A stretch of 64,000 bases of DNA from an uncultured Candidatus Binatia bacterium (GTDB lineage Bacteria > Desulfobacterota > Binatia > UBA9968 > CAXXLF01), in the NCBI GenBank assembly GCA_965218425.1, contig OZ244621.1, positions 3,872,001 to 3,936,000 on the forward strand, written 5' to 3'. This document shows, in pieces, positions 63,170-64,000 of the stretch; the first letter of the stretch is position 1; each line of letters starts with the position of its first letter. A program made the translations under genes and the position numbers. The notes beneath the pieces are model-generated. The model did no database searches and was not told the origin of the DNA. It saw only the letters and a program-made list of their open reading frames with translations.

Positions 63170-64000
63170 ATGCTGCTCCTTGACAGAGTTTCGACGTTGC
63201 CGGTCCTGCACTTGCGCCCTCGTCCTTTGGCCGTTGCCCTATTCATGTCGACCCTGATCCTGCTGTTTGGATTCTATATCTTATATCCGCTATTTCTGAT
63301 TTTCATCAACAGCTTCAACGCCGCCGACATCGGCGACCCCTTTGTCTTCACCCTTGGTCATTGGCGCACGGCTTATGCAGACCCGCAGATCTTTCAGGCG
63401 CTGAAAAACACCTTTTACATTTATTTTCTATACACAGGAATTAGCTTCCCCATAGCGGTGATCATTGCCTGGGTTTTGGCGCGAACCAATATCCCGGGGA
63501 ACCGTATGCTGGAATTCATGTTCTGGATGTCTTTCATGATCCCGACCCTTTCCGTCACCGTGGCTTGGACGTTTCTACTGGATCCATTTGTCGGGGCGTT
63601 GAATTACGTTGCGCAACAATTGCCCTTCATTGAGCAGCGTCCCTTTAATATCTACAGCGTGGGGGGAATCGTTTGGGTTCACTTAATGGGCAACGCCATC
63701 TCCGTCAAGGTAATGCTTTTGACCCCGGCCTTTCGCAATATGAATCTAGCCCTGGAGGATGCCGCGGCTGTGTCCGGGGCGTCGAGGGCCATGACCCTGA
63801 CCCGCGTGACCTTGCCCTTGATGGTGCCGCCCATGACCATTGTCTTTATGTTGGATATTGTCAGAGTCTTTCAGTCCTTTGAGATCGAACAAATCCTCGG
63901 AACCCCCACCGGGTTTTTCATATACTCCACGAAAATTTTTGATTTTATTCGGAATACCGATCCACCCCAATACGGCCAGGCCACCGCGCTTGCCAGCACC
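63170..64000 (+). CDS. ABC permease (FbpB-like), runs off the window end
   Basis: Manual translation: FYILYPLFLIFINSFN...LLTPAFRNMNLALEDAAAVSGA; paralogue of 45349-47148. Confidence 0.85.
   Translation, partial: MLLLDRVSTLPVLHLRPRPLAVALFMSTLILLFGFYILYPLFLIFINSFNAADIGDPFVFTLGHWRTAYADPQIFQALKNTFYIYFLYTGISFPIAVIIAWVLARTNIPGNRMLEFMFWMSFMIPTLSVTVAWTFLLDPFVGALNYVAQQLPFIEQRPFNIYSVGGIVWVHLMGNAISVKVMLLTPAFRNMNLALEDAAAVSGASRAMTLTRVTLPLMVPPMTIVFMLDIVRVFQSFEIEQILGTPTGFFIYSTKIFDFIRNTDPPQYGQATALAST

Noticed and set aside
1..64000. Genome-wide stop-codon reassignment
   Set aside because: TAG ends intact genes (993, 7007, 19463, 24629), no housekeeping gene has an internal stop, and internal TAGs replace different residues (W, Q, Y).
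1..64000. CRISPR array, cas genes, prophage or rRNA
   Set aside because: No regularly spaced repeats or recognisable motifs seen.

Overview
Bacterial window, roughly 55% GC by eye. Gene content and order suggest a deltaproteobacterium-like lineage such as Ca. Binatia (inference only). It has three parts. (1) 1-18.9 kb is an eroded accessory zone around divergent glnS/gltX: a UbiD decarboxylase, ABC substrate-binding proteins, an AAA+ (AAA_14/DUF4143-type) ATPase, IS3/IS481/RAYT remnants, a tRNA 3' fragment and deletion-collapsed pseudogenes (pilT::adenylate cyclase, transketolase, NSS transporter). (2) 19-26.9 kb is a housekeeping block on the minus strand: ispE-spoVG-tRNA-Gln-prs-rplY-pth-hppA-rpsF-rpsR-DUF2232-rplI. 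(3) 27.3-64 kb is a large catabolic paralogue array: 7 amidohydrolase-2 proteins, 8 cupins, 2 dihydroxyphthalate-decarboxylase-like proteins, an FAH hydrolase, a NahE-like aldolase, an M24 protein lacking metal ligands, a heme-oxygenase-like protein, a His-rich EutA-like ATPase with no eutBC, and Fe3+-type ABC binding proteins/permeases with no ATPase. Best candidates for something undescribed: the EutA-like ATPase/cupin module with paired, ligand-altered cupins and amidohydrolases, and a structured ~300-nt orphan element between glnS and gltX that resembles an IS110 non-coding (bridge-RNA) end. All calls come from motif recognition by eye; no database searches were run.
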